From contig JAUVAX010000005.1 in NCBI GenBank assembly GCA_030591685.1, positions 31,106-95,105 on the forward strand: a DNA stretch of 64,000 bases, written 5' to 3'. This DNA is from Pseudobdellovibrionaceae bacterium (GTDB lineage Bacteria > Bdellovibrionota > Bdellovibrionia > Bdellovibrionales > UBA1609). Below the pieces are notes generated by a model. That model saw only the letters and a program-made list of their open reading frames with translations. It made no database searches and was not told the DNA's origin. Made by a program: the position numbers and the translations under genes. Below, in pieces: positions 50,997 to 61,372 of this stretch; the first letter of the stretch is position 1; the number at the start of each line of letters is the position of its first letter.

Positions 50997-52265
50997 TTAA
51001 CGAAAGGCCTTAGGGCCCCAATACTCAGCCGAGTCTCCAAGGTACTCTTCGATTCTCATGAGTTGATTATATTTAGCTATTCGCTCTGAACGACACAAGC
51101 CGCCTGTTTTTATTTGCTGCGAGCCTAAAGCCACACTCAGGTCTGCAATGGTTGTGTCTTCAGTTTCACCACTTCTGTGGGACATAATGGTGTTCATCCC
51201 TGAAGACTGAGCCATACGAACCGCCTCACAGGTTTCAGTTAACGTTCCGATTTGATTGACCTTAACAAGAAGTGCATTGGCCGCTTTTTGCTCAATGCCT
51301 CTCTTTAACCGCTCAGGGTTTGTTACAAATAAATCATCACCCACAATTTGCAACCGCTCCCCGTGGGTGGATGTAAACTGTGTCCATGAGTCCCAGTCAT
51401 CTTCAGCAAAGCCATCTTCAATACTTATTAATGGAAACTCTTTAGCCCACCCGGCATAGATTTCACCAAGCTCCACACCCGTTAAGGCCTGGTCCTGCCA
51501 TATGTACTTTCCGTCTTTATAAAATTCTGTTGAGGCCACATCTAAGGCCAACTTAACGTCCTCGCCCGGCTTATAACCGGCCCTTTCAATGGCCTCCATT
51601 AGAAGCTCTAAAGCTTGCTTATTATTTTTTAAAGTGGGCGCAAAGCCCCCCTCGTCACCTACTGATGTGGAGAGACCTTTATCAGATAGAATTTTTTTAA
51701 GGGTGTGGAAAATTTCACTTCCAGCCCTGAGGCTTTCTGAAAATCGCCCTCCGCAAACGGGAACAATCATAAACTCTTGAACATTTAAACCGTTATCAGC
51801 ATGAGCCCCCCCGTTTAAAACATTCATTAAGGGCACCGGCAGTCTGTTTGCAGCCGTACCGCCAATATACTGAAATAAGGGTAAGCCTACCTCTTCACTG
51901 GCTGCCCTTGCGCAGGCCAATGAAACTCCTAAAATAGAATTGGCACCGAGTTTACTTTTATTTTTAGTGCCATCAATTTCTAATAATATTTTATCTATGA
52001 CAGCTTGTTGAGTCACATCCAAGCCAATAAGCTCGGGCTCTATTATTTCGATAACATTTAAACAGGCCTTCTTAACGCCTTTGCCTTGATAACGATTATC
52101 CTCACCGTCTCTTAACTCGCAGGCCTCATGAGCCCCCGTTGAGGCCCCACTCGGCACCGCAGCACGACCAACAACCCCTGAATCTAAATAAACTTCTACT
52201 TCTACTGTGGGGTTTCCACGACTATCAAGAATTTCTCTTGAGTGAATTTGACTAATATAAGACAT
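50997..52265 (-). CDS. eno: Enolase
   Basis: [30 protein letters not shown] and SHRSGETED motifs. Confidence 0.99.
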   Translation of the reverse strand: MSYISQIHSREILDSRGNPTVEVEVYLDSGVVGRAAVPSGASTGAHEACELRDGEDNRYQGKGVKKACLNVIEIIEPELIGLDVTQQAVIDKILLEIDGTKNKSKLGANSILGVSLACARAASEEVGLPLFQYIGGTAANRLPVPLMNVLNGGAHADNGLNVQEFMIVPVCGGRFSESLRAGSEIFHTLKKILSDKGLSTSVGDEGGFAPTLKNNKQALELLMEAIERAGYKPGEDVKLALDVASTEFYKDGKYIWQDQALTGVELGEIYAGWAKEFPLISIEDGFAEDDWDSWTQFTSTHGERLQIVGDDLFVTNPERLKRGIEQKAANALLVKVNQIGTLTETCEAVRMAQSSGMNTIMSHRSGETEDTTIADLSVALGSQQIKTGGLCRSERIAKYNQLMRIEEYLGDSAEYWGPKAFR

Positions 52266-52276
52266 CTAATGATCCT

Positions 52277-53353
52277 TTAAAGCGGTGTGGTATTTAAGGG
52301 CGGCGTATTTAAAACAGAAGACTCTTGCAAGCCCACATTGATGGTGGGCTCTAAGCCAGCATTTTTATATTCTATCATTTTTAAACCCACTGAATCTATT
52401 TGATCCAGAGTTAATCGAATCACTTGGGCACGACTCGCTATGACCTGGTCCCAACCCACTCTCTTCATAGCCATCTTTACTTGAGCCTCATTGCGGCCTT
52501 GGCCAACGAGTAAAACAATCAACTGTTGAGCTCTCGATAAATAATCATTGATCAATAAAAAATGGTTTTTTATTTCACTCATTCGGTGGTTTAACTCTTC
52601 AGGGAGGTCGGCACCACGAGCCTCCGTATATTTGCGACCAGCAATAGGAGTTCTTAATAAATTATTTAAGTCCGACTTTAATCGTTCAATTTCTTGGTCT
52701 TTAAATTCTAAATCTTCATTTTTCTTTTCAAGTTCTTTTTGGTTTTGTTCAAGGCTCATGGCCATGGACCGAACAAGCTCTGGTCGAATGTGACTCCCTA
52801 AATCTTCATCGGCAATCAAAGACTCTTGTTTTTGATCCCAATTGATGGTGATTTTATTTTGCTCCCATTTTACAGTAGACGGCTGTTTGCCAATATACTT
52901 AGGTAACGACTCAAGTGCGGACTTTATATAAGCCGACACACAGGGGTACTCTTCAGACGAAATGGGGAGTTCAAAACTAATATTGTCCCCTTCCCTTTTT
53001 ACACTCCCTAGTGGAGGAGCTGGGGACACAAAATAAGATAAAAACCTCTCCGGTTGGACATAAATATCATTTGGTTTTTGCATAATTCGAAGTACACTAT
53101 CTAGGACTCCCCAACTGCGAAGCTTGTAACAGTGTCGCCCCACCGCACTTAAAAGACACTCTTGCATTTTTATACCGTGAGTTTGATGCAATGACCTTAA
53201 AAAGTCCTCTAACTTTACGGCATCGACCCAGCTTGAGGGGTCACGTAGAAACTCTACCGGCAGGTCTGTAAGGTCATACAGGCCCTCTAAAGACACGCCT
53301 TCATTATCAAGATAATTCAATACTGAGTTTGAAATTTTACCGCTAAAATACAC
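52277..53353 (-). CDS. Hypothetical protein: putative N-terminal sensor domain plus coiled coil
   Basis: EFLRDPSSWVD motif and heptad region LEQNQKELEKKNEDLEFKDQEIERLK; no enzymatic output motif. Confidence 0.7.
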   Translation of the reverse strand: MYFSGKISNSVLNYLDNEGVSLEGLYDLTDLPVEFLRDPSSWVDAVKLEDFLRSLHQTHGIKMQECLLSAVGRHCYKLRSWGVLDSVLRIMQKPNDIYVQPERFLSYFVSPAPPLGSVKREGDNISFELPISSEEYPCVSAYIKSALESLPKYIGKQPSTVKWEQNKITINWDQKQESLIADEDLGSHIRPELVRSMAMSLEQNQKELEKKNEDLEFKDQEIERLKSDLNNLLRTPIAGRKYTEARGADLPEELNHRMSEIKNHFLLINDYLSRAQQLIVLLVGQGRNEAQVKMAMKRVGWDQVIASRAQVIRLTLDQIDSVGLKMIEYKNAGLEPTINVGLQESSVLNTPPLNTTPL

Positions 53354-53450
53354 GGGGCATTTTTATAACTATAAAATCTATAAAACAACGACTTGCTAAG
53401 AAGAGTTTACATTTAATGCCTCGCAAAATTCTTGCGGCGCAGCAATGACC

Positions 53451-54563
53451 TTATGCGGCTTCTAGTTTTTGAAATTTTGACCGAGAAAAGGGGATTTTAT
53501 TGTCCTCAATTTCGCTCATAAAGCTTGGTTCTCGACCCACTGCGATCAACTGACCTTTCAGCTTTCCACTAGCCAGCTTTTCTAGACGTGAGAGCTCGTA
53601 GACGGGCTCGACAATATAAGACCCATCACTCTCAAGCCCCAGGACCTCAGAAATACCTGTGACCCTCCGACTTCCGTCTGATAATCGTGAAATTTGAATA
53701 ATTACATCAATGGCCCCTGCTATTTGATACTGCATGGCCTTTTCGCTGAGCTTAGAGTCACTGCTTTGGGCTAAGGCCTCCAGGCGAACAATTGCATCCT
53801 CTTCACTGTTAGCATGGACCGTGCCCATACACCCCTTATGCCCCGTGTTCATAGCTTGAACAAGGTCTAAGGCTTCTCCCCCGCGCACTTCACCCACGAT
53901 AATTCTATCGGGCCTTAGGCGAAGACTACTTTTTACAAGGTCTTCAACGGTAACAGCACCCTGCCCATGAGCATCGGGCATGCGTGTTTCTAAAAAAACA
54001 ACGTGCTCATAGTCAATTTTTAGCTCGCTTGAGTCTTCAATCACTATAATTCTTTGCCCTGGTGGAATTCTGTTTGCCAAAACACTCAGCAGCGTTGTTT
54101 TACCAGAACCCGTACCACCACTGACTAAAATATTCTTACCAAGCTTCATGCAAATATCTAAAAAATAAGCTACATCCTCAGTCATCGCACCAGCTCTAAT
54201 GTAATCTTTAAACGTAAACTGTACCGTGGCAAACTTTCTAATCGCAATCGTCGTGCCCTTACAAAGAGGCGGGATAATAACGTGAACCCTAAAACCATTG
54301 GGTAAACGGGCATCAAGCCTTGGGCTAGACTCATCAATTCGCCGCCCTACACTTTGAGCAATATTATTAGCAGCGGCCCTTAGGGTGTCCTCATCTGCAA
54401 AACGAGCGTCTGTTTTTTGAAGCCGTCCTTCAATTTCAATAAAAATCTCATCATGTCCGTTGACCATTACTTCTGTGATCCGCTCGTCTTGAAGCAAATC
54501 CCATATAGGTTGTAAAAACCCCTTGATGGTATCTTCGTAAACTTGGCCTCCATGTTGAGACAC
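53451..54563 (-). CDS. cpaF: CpaF/TadA family secretion ATPase
   Basis: EVMVNG, LDARLP, GGTGSGKTT, LRLRPDRIIVGEVRG and AMNTGH motifs. Confidence 0.93.
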   Translation of the reverse strand: MSQHGGQVYEDTIKGFLQPIWDLLQDERITEVMVNGHDEIFIEIEGRLQKTDARFADEDTLRAAANNIAQSVGRRIDESSPRLDARLPNGFRVHVIIPPLCKGTTIAIRKFATVQFTFKDYIRAGAMTEDVAYFLDICMKLGKNILVSGGTGSGKTTLLSVLANRIPPGQRIIVIEDSSELKIDYEHVVFLETRMPDAHGQGAVTVEDLVKSSLRLRPDRIIVGEVRGGEALDLVQAMNTGHKGCMGTVHANSEEDAIVRLEALAQSSDSKLSEKAMQYQIAGAIDVIIQISRLSDGSRRVTGISEVLGLESDGSYIVEPVYELSRLEKLASGKLKGQLIAVGREPSFMSEIEDNKIPFSRSKFQKLEAA

Positions 54564-54566
54564 CTG

Positions 54567-55049
54567 CTACTCCCTTGAGGCCGGTACACGCGCCTGAGAA
54601 GCCGATGCTCGAGGAACAACAACTAACCGACCTTGAGCCGAAGTCTCAGGGCATTGAAATGAATAAACACCCTGCTTTTTAGGTTGAATGACAAAAGTTT
54701 TTATTTTACCAAAATAAGTCGAATGGTGCTCACTGAAAGAATCCATTACAAAACTAATATTTTTTTCGGACTCATTAATATTTACAATATGAACTCTATA
54801 ACGTAAACCCGCCCGGACTCTTAACGTCGCAGGGACAAAGCCTTTATCTGTATTCATAATTACAATTTCTTGCAAAGGTGCTGCCGGCTCAAATATGGAC
54901 TCAAAAAGTGAGGACTCTTTCTCTGTAGCAATTGGCATAGACCTTTGATAGTCCTTTAAATCCTTAGCACGTCTTGAAAAATCAAACGTCCAGTCGGCCA
55001 AAGAGACCATGGGTAATAATAACAAAAATGCCAAACTTAAGCTTTTCAT
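54567..55049 (-). CDS. Secreted cupredoxin-domain protein
   Basis: Signal peptide; GFVPATLRV...GVYSFQCP...GRLVV. Confidence 0.8.
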   Translation of the reverse strand: MKSLSLAFLLLLPMVSLADWTFDFSRRAKDLKDYQRSMPIATEKESSLFESIFEPAAPLQEIVIMNTDKGFVPATLRVRAGLRYRVHIVNINESEKNISFVMDSFSEHHSTYFGKIKTFVIQPKKQGVYSFQCPETSAQGRLVVVPRASASQARVPASRE

Positions 55050-55327
55050 TAATGAAGCTCTTCTCTAGAGTGAAAGTCTGCAAACTCTTTTGCCACCTCA
55101 ATGGCAATAAATGACAACACCCTCTCGTCTACTTTGCCCAGCTCACACATAAGCTTTGAAAAGTCACCTTGAATGCCGTTTATGGTCTGTATAACGTCAG
55201 ACACATCATCGCTGTAGTAAGGGAACTCCTCCATGGCTTCGCCCCAGTCTTCTTCTAAAACCGGATCAATCACCCCGAGGTTATAAAGAACATCGAATAC
55301 AACTTGTAAATCACCCTGTAAGTACAT
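55049..55327 (-). CDS. Small acidic hypothetical protein
   Basis: GAGGG SD; 1-bp overlap with the cupredoxin gene. Confidence 0.75.
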   Translation of the reverse strand: MYLQGDLQVVFDVLYNLGVIDPVLEEDWGEAMEEFPYYSDDVSDVIQTINGIQGDFSKLMCELGKVDERVLSFIAIEVAKEFADFHSREELH

Positions 55328-55644
55328 AGAACCCTCATTTTAAAAGTGCTGTCTCTCTATGAAACTTATTCGGTAAAGACGGTCTTAATACTGAACCCTC
55401 CATGCCATAACTGGACCTTTGTGGGAGAATAATCACTAAGCCCACCGACGCTCAACCTTTGACATCCCTACAAATAATGGTATTCACGTGTAAAAACAGT
55501 CCGTTAAACACTTTCATCGTCATTGTAGATTTTATGATTTTGAGCTCAAATATTGATTTTTTTTTCATATGTGGTAATAAAAAATCAGAGATTTATACCC
55601 CTTTGATGAAGCAAATGAACCCCAATAACTATTTGTGAGCCCTT

Positions 55645-56916
55645 ATGTCCACTAAGAAATTTTCTTTTGATCATTTAAACCTGACACCTACTCTACTTGC
55701 GAGTTTAAAAAAAATAGATTTTAAAACTCCTACGCCCATCCAGTCTAAAGCCATCCCTATTGTACTTCAAAATAAAGACCTTATTGCCTGCGCCCAAACC
55801 GGCACAGGAAAAACAGCTGCTTTTTGTTTGCCTATTTTAAAAAATATTGAACTTAAAAATGACTATTCTGCGCTCATACTCACACCTACAAGAGAGCTGG
55901 CCACTCAGATAAAAGATTTTTTAAAACTTATTACTGAGGGGACCAGCGGCATAAGGGTCGGACTTATTATTGGCGGGATCCCCCTGCACACTCAACTTAA
56001 AATGTTAAAAAACCAACCGCAAATTTTAGTGGCAACACCCGGGCGCCTGGTCGATCACATCCAAAGGCAAACTGTTGATTTAGGTCAAACAAATATGATC
56101 GTACTTGATGAGGCCGATCGCATGCTTGATATGGGATTTATTGAAGAGCTCAACCGAATTTTAAAGTACCTGCCTAAAAAAAGGCAAACCTTGATGTTCT
56201 CCGCAACCATAAGTACTGTGACAAAGAGCCTTGCCTCTCGGTACCTATACAAACCAGAGCACATTTCCGTAGGTTCGACCTCGACCCCTATTGATAAAAT
56301 CAAACAAATCCCCGTTGAAACTGACCGGTCTAATAAATTAGATTGCTTGCTCAATCAATTAAACTCACAGCAAGGGTCTTCTTTAATTTTTGTAAAAACG
56401 CGCCGAGGGGTCGAAGTTTTAAGTAAAGAACTTTTAAGTTATGGGTATAAAATTCGCCGCATACACGGCGAAAGAACCCAGGCACAAAGAAACTCCGCTT
56501 TAGAGGATTTTAAAAACGGAACATGTCGTATATTAATCGCCACTGATGTTGCTGCTCGCGGTATTGATGTGCCTAATATCCAAGTCGTAATTAACTATGA
56601 CACCCCTCAAACCTCTGAGGATTACGTGCACCGTATCGGTCGTACCGGCAGGGCTGGAGCCTCTGGGGTGGCTGTTAATTTTTTAACACCTGAAAATGAA
56701 CGACAGTGGGGGAGCATCGTCAATGACCTTGAAGGTAAGGGCCCTAAATTTAGTACTCAAACAAATGTAACAACTAAAAAGAGTACAAAGAAAAGCAAAT
56801 TCAAATCAGGTGTATTTTCTAAATCAAAAAAAACAAAAAAGCACTCCAGCACCTTTAGAGGAAAGAAAAAATCTTCTCAAAAAAAGCGAAGTTCTCATAA
56901 ACGAGCCCGTTCTTGA
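55645..56916 (+). CDS. DEAD-box RNA helicase (RhlE-like) with basic tail
   Basis: AQTGTGKT, PTREL, DEAD, SAT and HRIGRTGR motifs. Confidence 0.97.
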   Translation: MSTKKFSFDHLNLTPTLLASLKKIDFKTPTPIQSKAIPIVLQNKDLIACAQTGTGKTAAFCLPILKNIELKNDYSALILTPTRELATQIKDFLKLITEGTSGIRVGLIIGGIPLHTQLKMLKNQPQILVATPGRLVDHIQRQTVDLGQTNMIVLDEADRMLDMGFIEELNRILKYLPKKRQTLMFSATISTVTKSLASRYLYKPEHISVGSTSTPIDKIKQIPVETDRSNKLDCLLNQLNSQQGSSLIFVKTRRGVEVLSKELLSYGYKIRRIHGERTQAQRNSALEDFKNGTCRILIATDVAARGIDVPNIQVVINYDTPQTSEDYVHRIGRTGRAGASGVAVNFLTPENERQWGSIVNDLEGKGPKFSTQTNVTTKKSTKKSKFKSGVFSKSKKTKKHSSTFRGKKKSSQKKRSSHKRARS

Positions 56917-57149
56917 CCTTCAACACCGAGGATCTAATAAAGTTAGCGCAAACAAAAATGCCTTACGGAAAATACACAGGCTATAGGCTCATTGACCTCC
57001 CCGAGCCTTATGTGGTTTGGATTTATAATCAAGGCGTACCCAAAGGGAGCCTTGGAAACCTCCTCGCCCAACTTTACGAAATAAAGGCCAACGGCTTAGA
57101 GTACCTTTTTGACCCTATTAAAGACTGGGGTTCAGACTCTGAAGTTTAA
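56913..57149 (+). CDS. DUF3820 family small protein
   Basis: MPYGKY.G..LIDLPEPYVVW...EIKANGL; 4-bp overlap with the helicase. Confidence 0.85.
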   Translation: MTFNTEDLIKLAQTKMPYGKYTGYRLIDLPEPYVVWIYNQGVPKGSLGNLLAQLYEIKANGLEYLFDPIKDWGSDSEV

Positions 57150-57284
57150 CAAGTACTTTTTTTAAACTCTCAACTCTAACTAATGCATTAAACTGATGAG
57201 TAAGACTTTCTTTTATTTGGGTGATGAATAAAGAACATATCAATAAAGACTATTTTTTTACCTTTGCGAACTAAGGCTATCCAC

Positions 57285-58556
57285 TTAAACTTTAGTTGAT
57301 GACACCATGTCTGTGGCCGCCACCCATGCTGTTGACCAGGCATTTTGAAAATTAAAACCTCCGGTAACACCATCAACATCTAAAAGCTCGCCAGCAAAAT
57401 AAAGGCCCTCACATATTTTACTCTGCATAGATTTAAAGTTGATTTCTTTTAAATTCACTCCCCCGCACTCTACAAATTCTTCTTTAAACCTATTTTTACC
57501 AACAACATCAAACTGAGCCTCATAGAGCCTGTTTACAATTAAATTAAGATGCTTTCTAGAAAGCTCCGACACTCGAAGCTCTGGTTTTATTAAGCTTACA
57601 CTTAACAATTGAGCCCAAAACCTCTTAGTTATCCCTTTGGGGGCCACGTTTGAAATATATGACTTTGGGTGTGTTAGTTTTAAACTCTCTATTAAATCCA
57701 CTAACTCCTGTCGGCTCTCTGCGCCCAGCCAGTTCACCGTCAACTGGGCTTTATATTTAGAGGCCTTCATCTCTCTAGCGGCCCATGCGGAAAGCTTAAG
57801 TATAGCGGGCCCACTTAAACCCCAATGAGTAATTAATAGTGGCCCCTGTTGCTTAAATACTTTTGAGCCCTCAACCGTTAATTTAACAGTTAATTTAACT
57901 GCCGCATTACTAAAACTTAACCCTGGCAAAGGCTTCAATAGGGGGTCATTAATTTTAAAACTAAACAAGGATGGAGCTAAGTCGGTAATACTATGACCTA
58001 AATTTTTTGCTAACCTGTATCCAAAAGGCGAACTCCCTGTTGCAATAAGTATTTTATCAGCAACGATGGTCTCTTTATTTTTAATGAAAATCGAAAACTC
58101 ACCTGTTGGTGATTTTTTAACTCTCTCAACGGGGTGGTTTGTTAAAAGTTGAACGCCAGAACGTTTGGCTGATTGATTATAGCACTCTATAATAGTTTCA
58201 GAGCTATTCGTATCAGGAAACATTCGGCCATCGGGCTCAGCTACTAATTTTACGCCGTGATTTCTAAACCACTCTACCGTGTCTGAGGCCTGAAAAACGC
58301 TCATAGGTGAGTACAGTTGTTTTTCGCCCCTTGGGTAGTTTTGGCAAAATTGCTGAATATCAAAACAGTTATGGGTCACGTTACAGCGCCCACCGCCTGA
58401 AATGCGAACTTTTTTTAAAAAACTAGAGGAGGCCTCTAATAAAACCACATCAACAGGGCTCTTGATGCTTTTAGACAACTCCGCCGCCCGAATCGCTGCA
58501 AAAAAGCCCGCAGCCCCACCTCCTATAATAACAATCTTTAGTTTCTTAAATAACAT
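57285..58556 (-). CDS. HI0933/BaiN/YhiN family flavoprotein
   Basis: IGGGAAG, ISGGGRCNVT, THWGLSGP and GELLDVDGVTGGFN motifs. Confidence 0.95.
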   Translation of the reverse strand: MLFKKLKIVIIGGGAAGFFAAIRAAELSKSIKSPVDVVLLEASSSFLKKVRISGGGRCNVTHNCFDIQQFCQNYPRGEKQLYSPMSVFQASDTVEWFRNHGVKLVAEPDGRMFPDTNSSETIIECYNQSAKRSGVQLLTNHPVERVKKSPTGEFSIFIKNKETIVADKILIATGSSPFGYRLAKNLGHSITDLAPSLFSFKINDPLLKPLPGLSFSNAAVKLTVKLTVEGSKVFKQQGPLLITHWGLSGPAILKLSAWAAREMKASKYKAQLTVNWLGAESRQELVDLIESLKLTHPKSYISNVAPKGITKRFWAQLLSVSLIKPELRVSELSRKHLNLIVNRLYEAQFDVVGKNRFKEEFVECGGVNLKEINFKSMQSKICEGLYFAGELLDVDGVTGGFNFQNAWSTAWVAATDMVSSTKV

Positions 58557-58795
58557 ACCTATAATTTAACTACTTTAATTATAAATAGTCATATAGATCT
58601 TAAAAAAACAGCTTCTTCCTGATCAAAGGGAAGGGTGATCCTCGATTATATGTTTTTGAAAAATATACCGTGGTAAATAATTCAATCTTAGTAATAGAGC
58701 TGCTGCGAAAATCCCATTTAGGGTATGTTGAGTGAAAATATTTTAAAGGCTTTAGGTGGATTCTGCTCAAGTCGAACAAATAAAGGGGGATAAAA

Positions 58796-60475
58796 ATGCT
58801 TCAAAGCGCTTTATTATTACTCGTAAGTTTCTTTTTTACTTTCACCGTATCAGCGGCTCGCTCCATTGTTGAAGCCCCTGCCGGCGCCTACGAAGGTGTG
58901 AAAGAGAATGGAAATTTAATTTTCAAAGGCATTCCCTATGCAAAGCCGCCCGTTGGCCCCTTAAGGTGGATGCCCCCCCGACCCCCTATAAAGCACGAGG
59001 GCGTATATCTAGCCAATAAATTTGGAGAACCCAGTTTGCAACCCACTGTTAGGTCGTTATTTGGCGGAGAAACGAAGATTATAGGCTCAGAGGATTGCTT
59101 ATATTTAAATATCTGGGCTCCTGTTCAGTCTAAAAATCAAAAATTACCCGTTATGTTTTGGATTCATGGAGGCGGATACTTTATTGGCTCAGGCAACCAC
59201 GGCACCGAACGAATTAACATGTATGACGGAGCTAAACTTGCTCAACAGGGTAAAGTCATTGTGGTTTCTATTAATTACAGGTTAGGCCCTATGGGGTTTA
59301 TGGCACATAAAAAACTTTTAAAAGAGTCTAAAACCACAGGAAACTACGGAACCTTAGACATGATACATGCCCTTAAGTGGGTGAAAAAAAATATCTCCGC
59401 TTTCGGAGGTGACTCGTCTGCCGTCACCATATTCGGTGAGTCCGCAGGTGGAGCCGCAGTGAGAACCTTAATTGCCTCACCAAAGGCAAAGGGCCTATTC
59501 TCAAGGGCTATTGTTCAAAGCGGGCCTGATTTTAATTTCTCCCTCAAAGAGAGTTTAAAAACAGGTCAGTACATTTCTAAATACTACGGGCTGAGCCAAA
59601 AGCGAAATGAGCTCAGTGCGCTCAGAAAAGTTCCTGGAGTTGATATAGTTAGGGACTTCCCCATGGACCTCGCCGGTGTAGAGGGAGGAGCTCACATAAA
59701 GTACGGCCCCGTTATTGACGGGTCTGTTTTAAAGCACCCTGTTTTAGAAACTATCTCTAAAGGCGAGCACAGTAAGGTGCCCGTGATTATAGGTAGTAAT
59801 GCTAAAGAAATGACATTGCTCGCCCCAGTCTTTCTTAAAAACTTTTCAAATGATTTATCAGATAAAGAGCTCGAGAGCTTTATTGTAAATATGTTTGATT
59901 TAAGTAAATATAAAACTCAAAAAATTGTGAGCTTTTATAGCAAAGACAGATATGGATCTAATAAAAAAGCCCTTATTGCAATGATGGGTGATGGTCTTTT
60001 TCAAGCCCCAACGCAACAATTTGCTAAAGCCATGGAGTCACAAAACCCAGGCTCTGTTTATTCTTACTTGTTTGCCCATAATGATATTAAAATTTTTAAA
60101 TCAGGGCATGCATTAGAGTTACCCTACTTGTTTGGTAATGAAAAGTTACTCTTACCACTAAGGTGGCCGATCTTTTTTCCGGCCCTGGGCCCGCTTGTTG
60201 TGCGCTCAGAGGCACGATTTTCAAGGCTAATGATGAGGTATTGGACCTCTTTTGCTCATAACGCCAACCCTAATGGCAACACCAATTCTAAAAGACCTTT
60301 TTGGCCTAAGTTTAGAAACAGTAAGATATTAGAACTTAAGCCAAATCCATCGGTGCTTAATGAGTTCAGAGCAAAGCCTATGGCCTTTTGGGACAAGCTT
60401 ACCGCTAAAACCACAACTAAGCCTAAGAATAGAAGAACCCTAAAGAGCCTTTGCACCTCTGTATTTGCACACTAA
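58796..60475 (+). CDS. Secreted type-B carboxylesterase/lipase
   Basis: Signal peptide, GIPYAKPP, SEDCLYLNIW, WIHGGG, FGESAGG and HALEL motifs. Confidence 0.95.
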   Translation: MLQSALLLLVSFFFTFTVSAARSIVEAPAGAYEGVKENGNLIFKGIPYAKPPVGPLRWMPPRPPIKHEGVYLANKFGEPSLQPTVRSLFGGETKIIGSEDCLYLNIWAPVQSKNQKLPVMFWIHGGGYFIGSGNHGTERINMYDGAKLAQQGKVIVVSINYRLGPMGFMAHKKLLKESKTTGNYGTLDMIHALKWVKKNISAFGGDSSAVTIFGESAGGAAVRTLIASPKAKGLFSRAIVQSGPDFNFSLKESLKTGQYISKYYGLSQKRNELSALRKVPGVDIVRDFPMDLAGVEGGAHIKYGPVIDGSVLKHPVLETISKGEHSKVPVIIGSNAKEMTLLAPVFLKNFSNDLSDKELESFIVNMFDLSKYKTQKIVSFYSKDRYGSNKKALIAMMGDGLFQAPTQQFAKAMESQNPGSVYSYLFAHNDIKIFKSGHALELPYLFGNEKLLLPLRWPIFFPALGPLVVRSEARFSRLMMRYWTSFAHNANPNGNTNSKRPFWPKFRNSKILELKPNPSVLNEFRAKPMAFWDKLTAKTTTKPKNRRTLKSLCTSVFAH

Positions 60476-60781
60476 GCCCCAGGTACGTCGTTTTTTTTAA
60501 TTGCAGATTTTCGTTTGTATGCAGGGGGATATATACAGGGAGAGGGGTGCCCTAACACTCATGGCCTCTATTGCGTTATATGCCGGAGAAGTTAAATATT
60601 TCCGGGCAGTCTTAGTCTGTTTTTTGAGCAAACTCCTTTTCTCTTTTACCCTTAAAATTTATACTTTATCTCCTAAACAAAAATTGTCCTATACTGAGAC
60701 ACTTTTGAGTAACCAGTCACACTCGTGTTTACACCAGGTAGGTTAGATGGCAAAATAGTCTAGTAGGCATAGGAGGCCATA

Positions 60782-61372
60782 ATGAGAGCTCTCATCTTAG
60801 TTATATTTTTATTAAGCTCAACTGTGCTTTTATTTCAAAACTGCTCTCAATCAACTCCTAACCCTGGGAATTTAAACTCTAACAGCTCAAATCAAGGGTC
60901 AACAGATTCAGATAATAACTCTTCTGATTCGGAGATCGAGGAGCCTGAACTGGCTATGTATGTTATAGACTCAAATCTGGTTGTATTAGAAGAGCCTATA
61001 ACCCTTAATCAGACAAGCACCTTTCATCAAGTTATTCGTGGATTTGATATAAACGATGGTTTGCTCATCTGCCGAGAGGTTGTTTACTCAGATGGCTCTT
61101 TAAGCACTCGCGGTCGCTGCAATATTTACGATCATTTAAATGACTTTGAGGCCTTTCTTGAGAGTGATTATTCTTCAATTACTGAGTTAGCTGCCCCCTT
61201 TGTCTTTTCAGAGGAATCTTGGGGCTTTTCAACCTCCAGACCTACTTGGACAAAAACTGTCGACATATCAACGCATCCACCAATGCAAAAACCAGGCGAA
61301 TATCAATATTTCATTTTTTCAACTGTACGCGGGAGATTTATAGAAAGTCCTGTAGTTACCGTAATCGAATAA
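60782..61372 (+). CDS. Hypothetical lipoprotein (FQNC-type lipobox)
   Basis: AGGAGG SD; LLFQNC followed by an S/N-rich linker. Confidence 0.8.
   Translation: MRALILVIFLLSSTVLLFQNCSQSTPNPGNLNSNSSNQGSTDSDNNSSDSEIEEPELAMYVIDSNLVVLEEPITLNQTSTFHQVIRGFDINDGLLICREVVYSDGSLSTRGRCNIYDHLNDFEAFLESDYSSITELAAPFVFSEESWGFSTSRPTWTKTVDISTHPPMQKPGEYQYFIFSTVRGRFIESPVVTVIE

Noticed and set aside
55328-55644. Long intergenic region as a possible riboswitch or sRNA
   Set aside because: No recognisable aptamer or terminator; it is explained by divergent promoters (TTGACA at 55459, TTGATT at 55553) and a helicase leader.
912-60456. Many short antisense or alternate-frame ORFs (e.g. 4673-5035, 8510-8812, 21752-22105, 36265-36702, 40241-40621, 46390-46704)
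   Set aside because: They overlap well-supported genes and have no motifs or SD, so they are shadow ORFs.
60501-60746. 81-aa ORF between the esterase and the lipoprotein
   Set aside because: TTG start without SD, no motif, and it covers probable promoter DNA.
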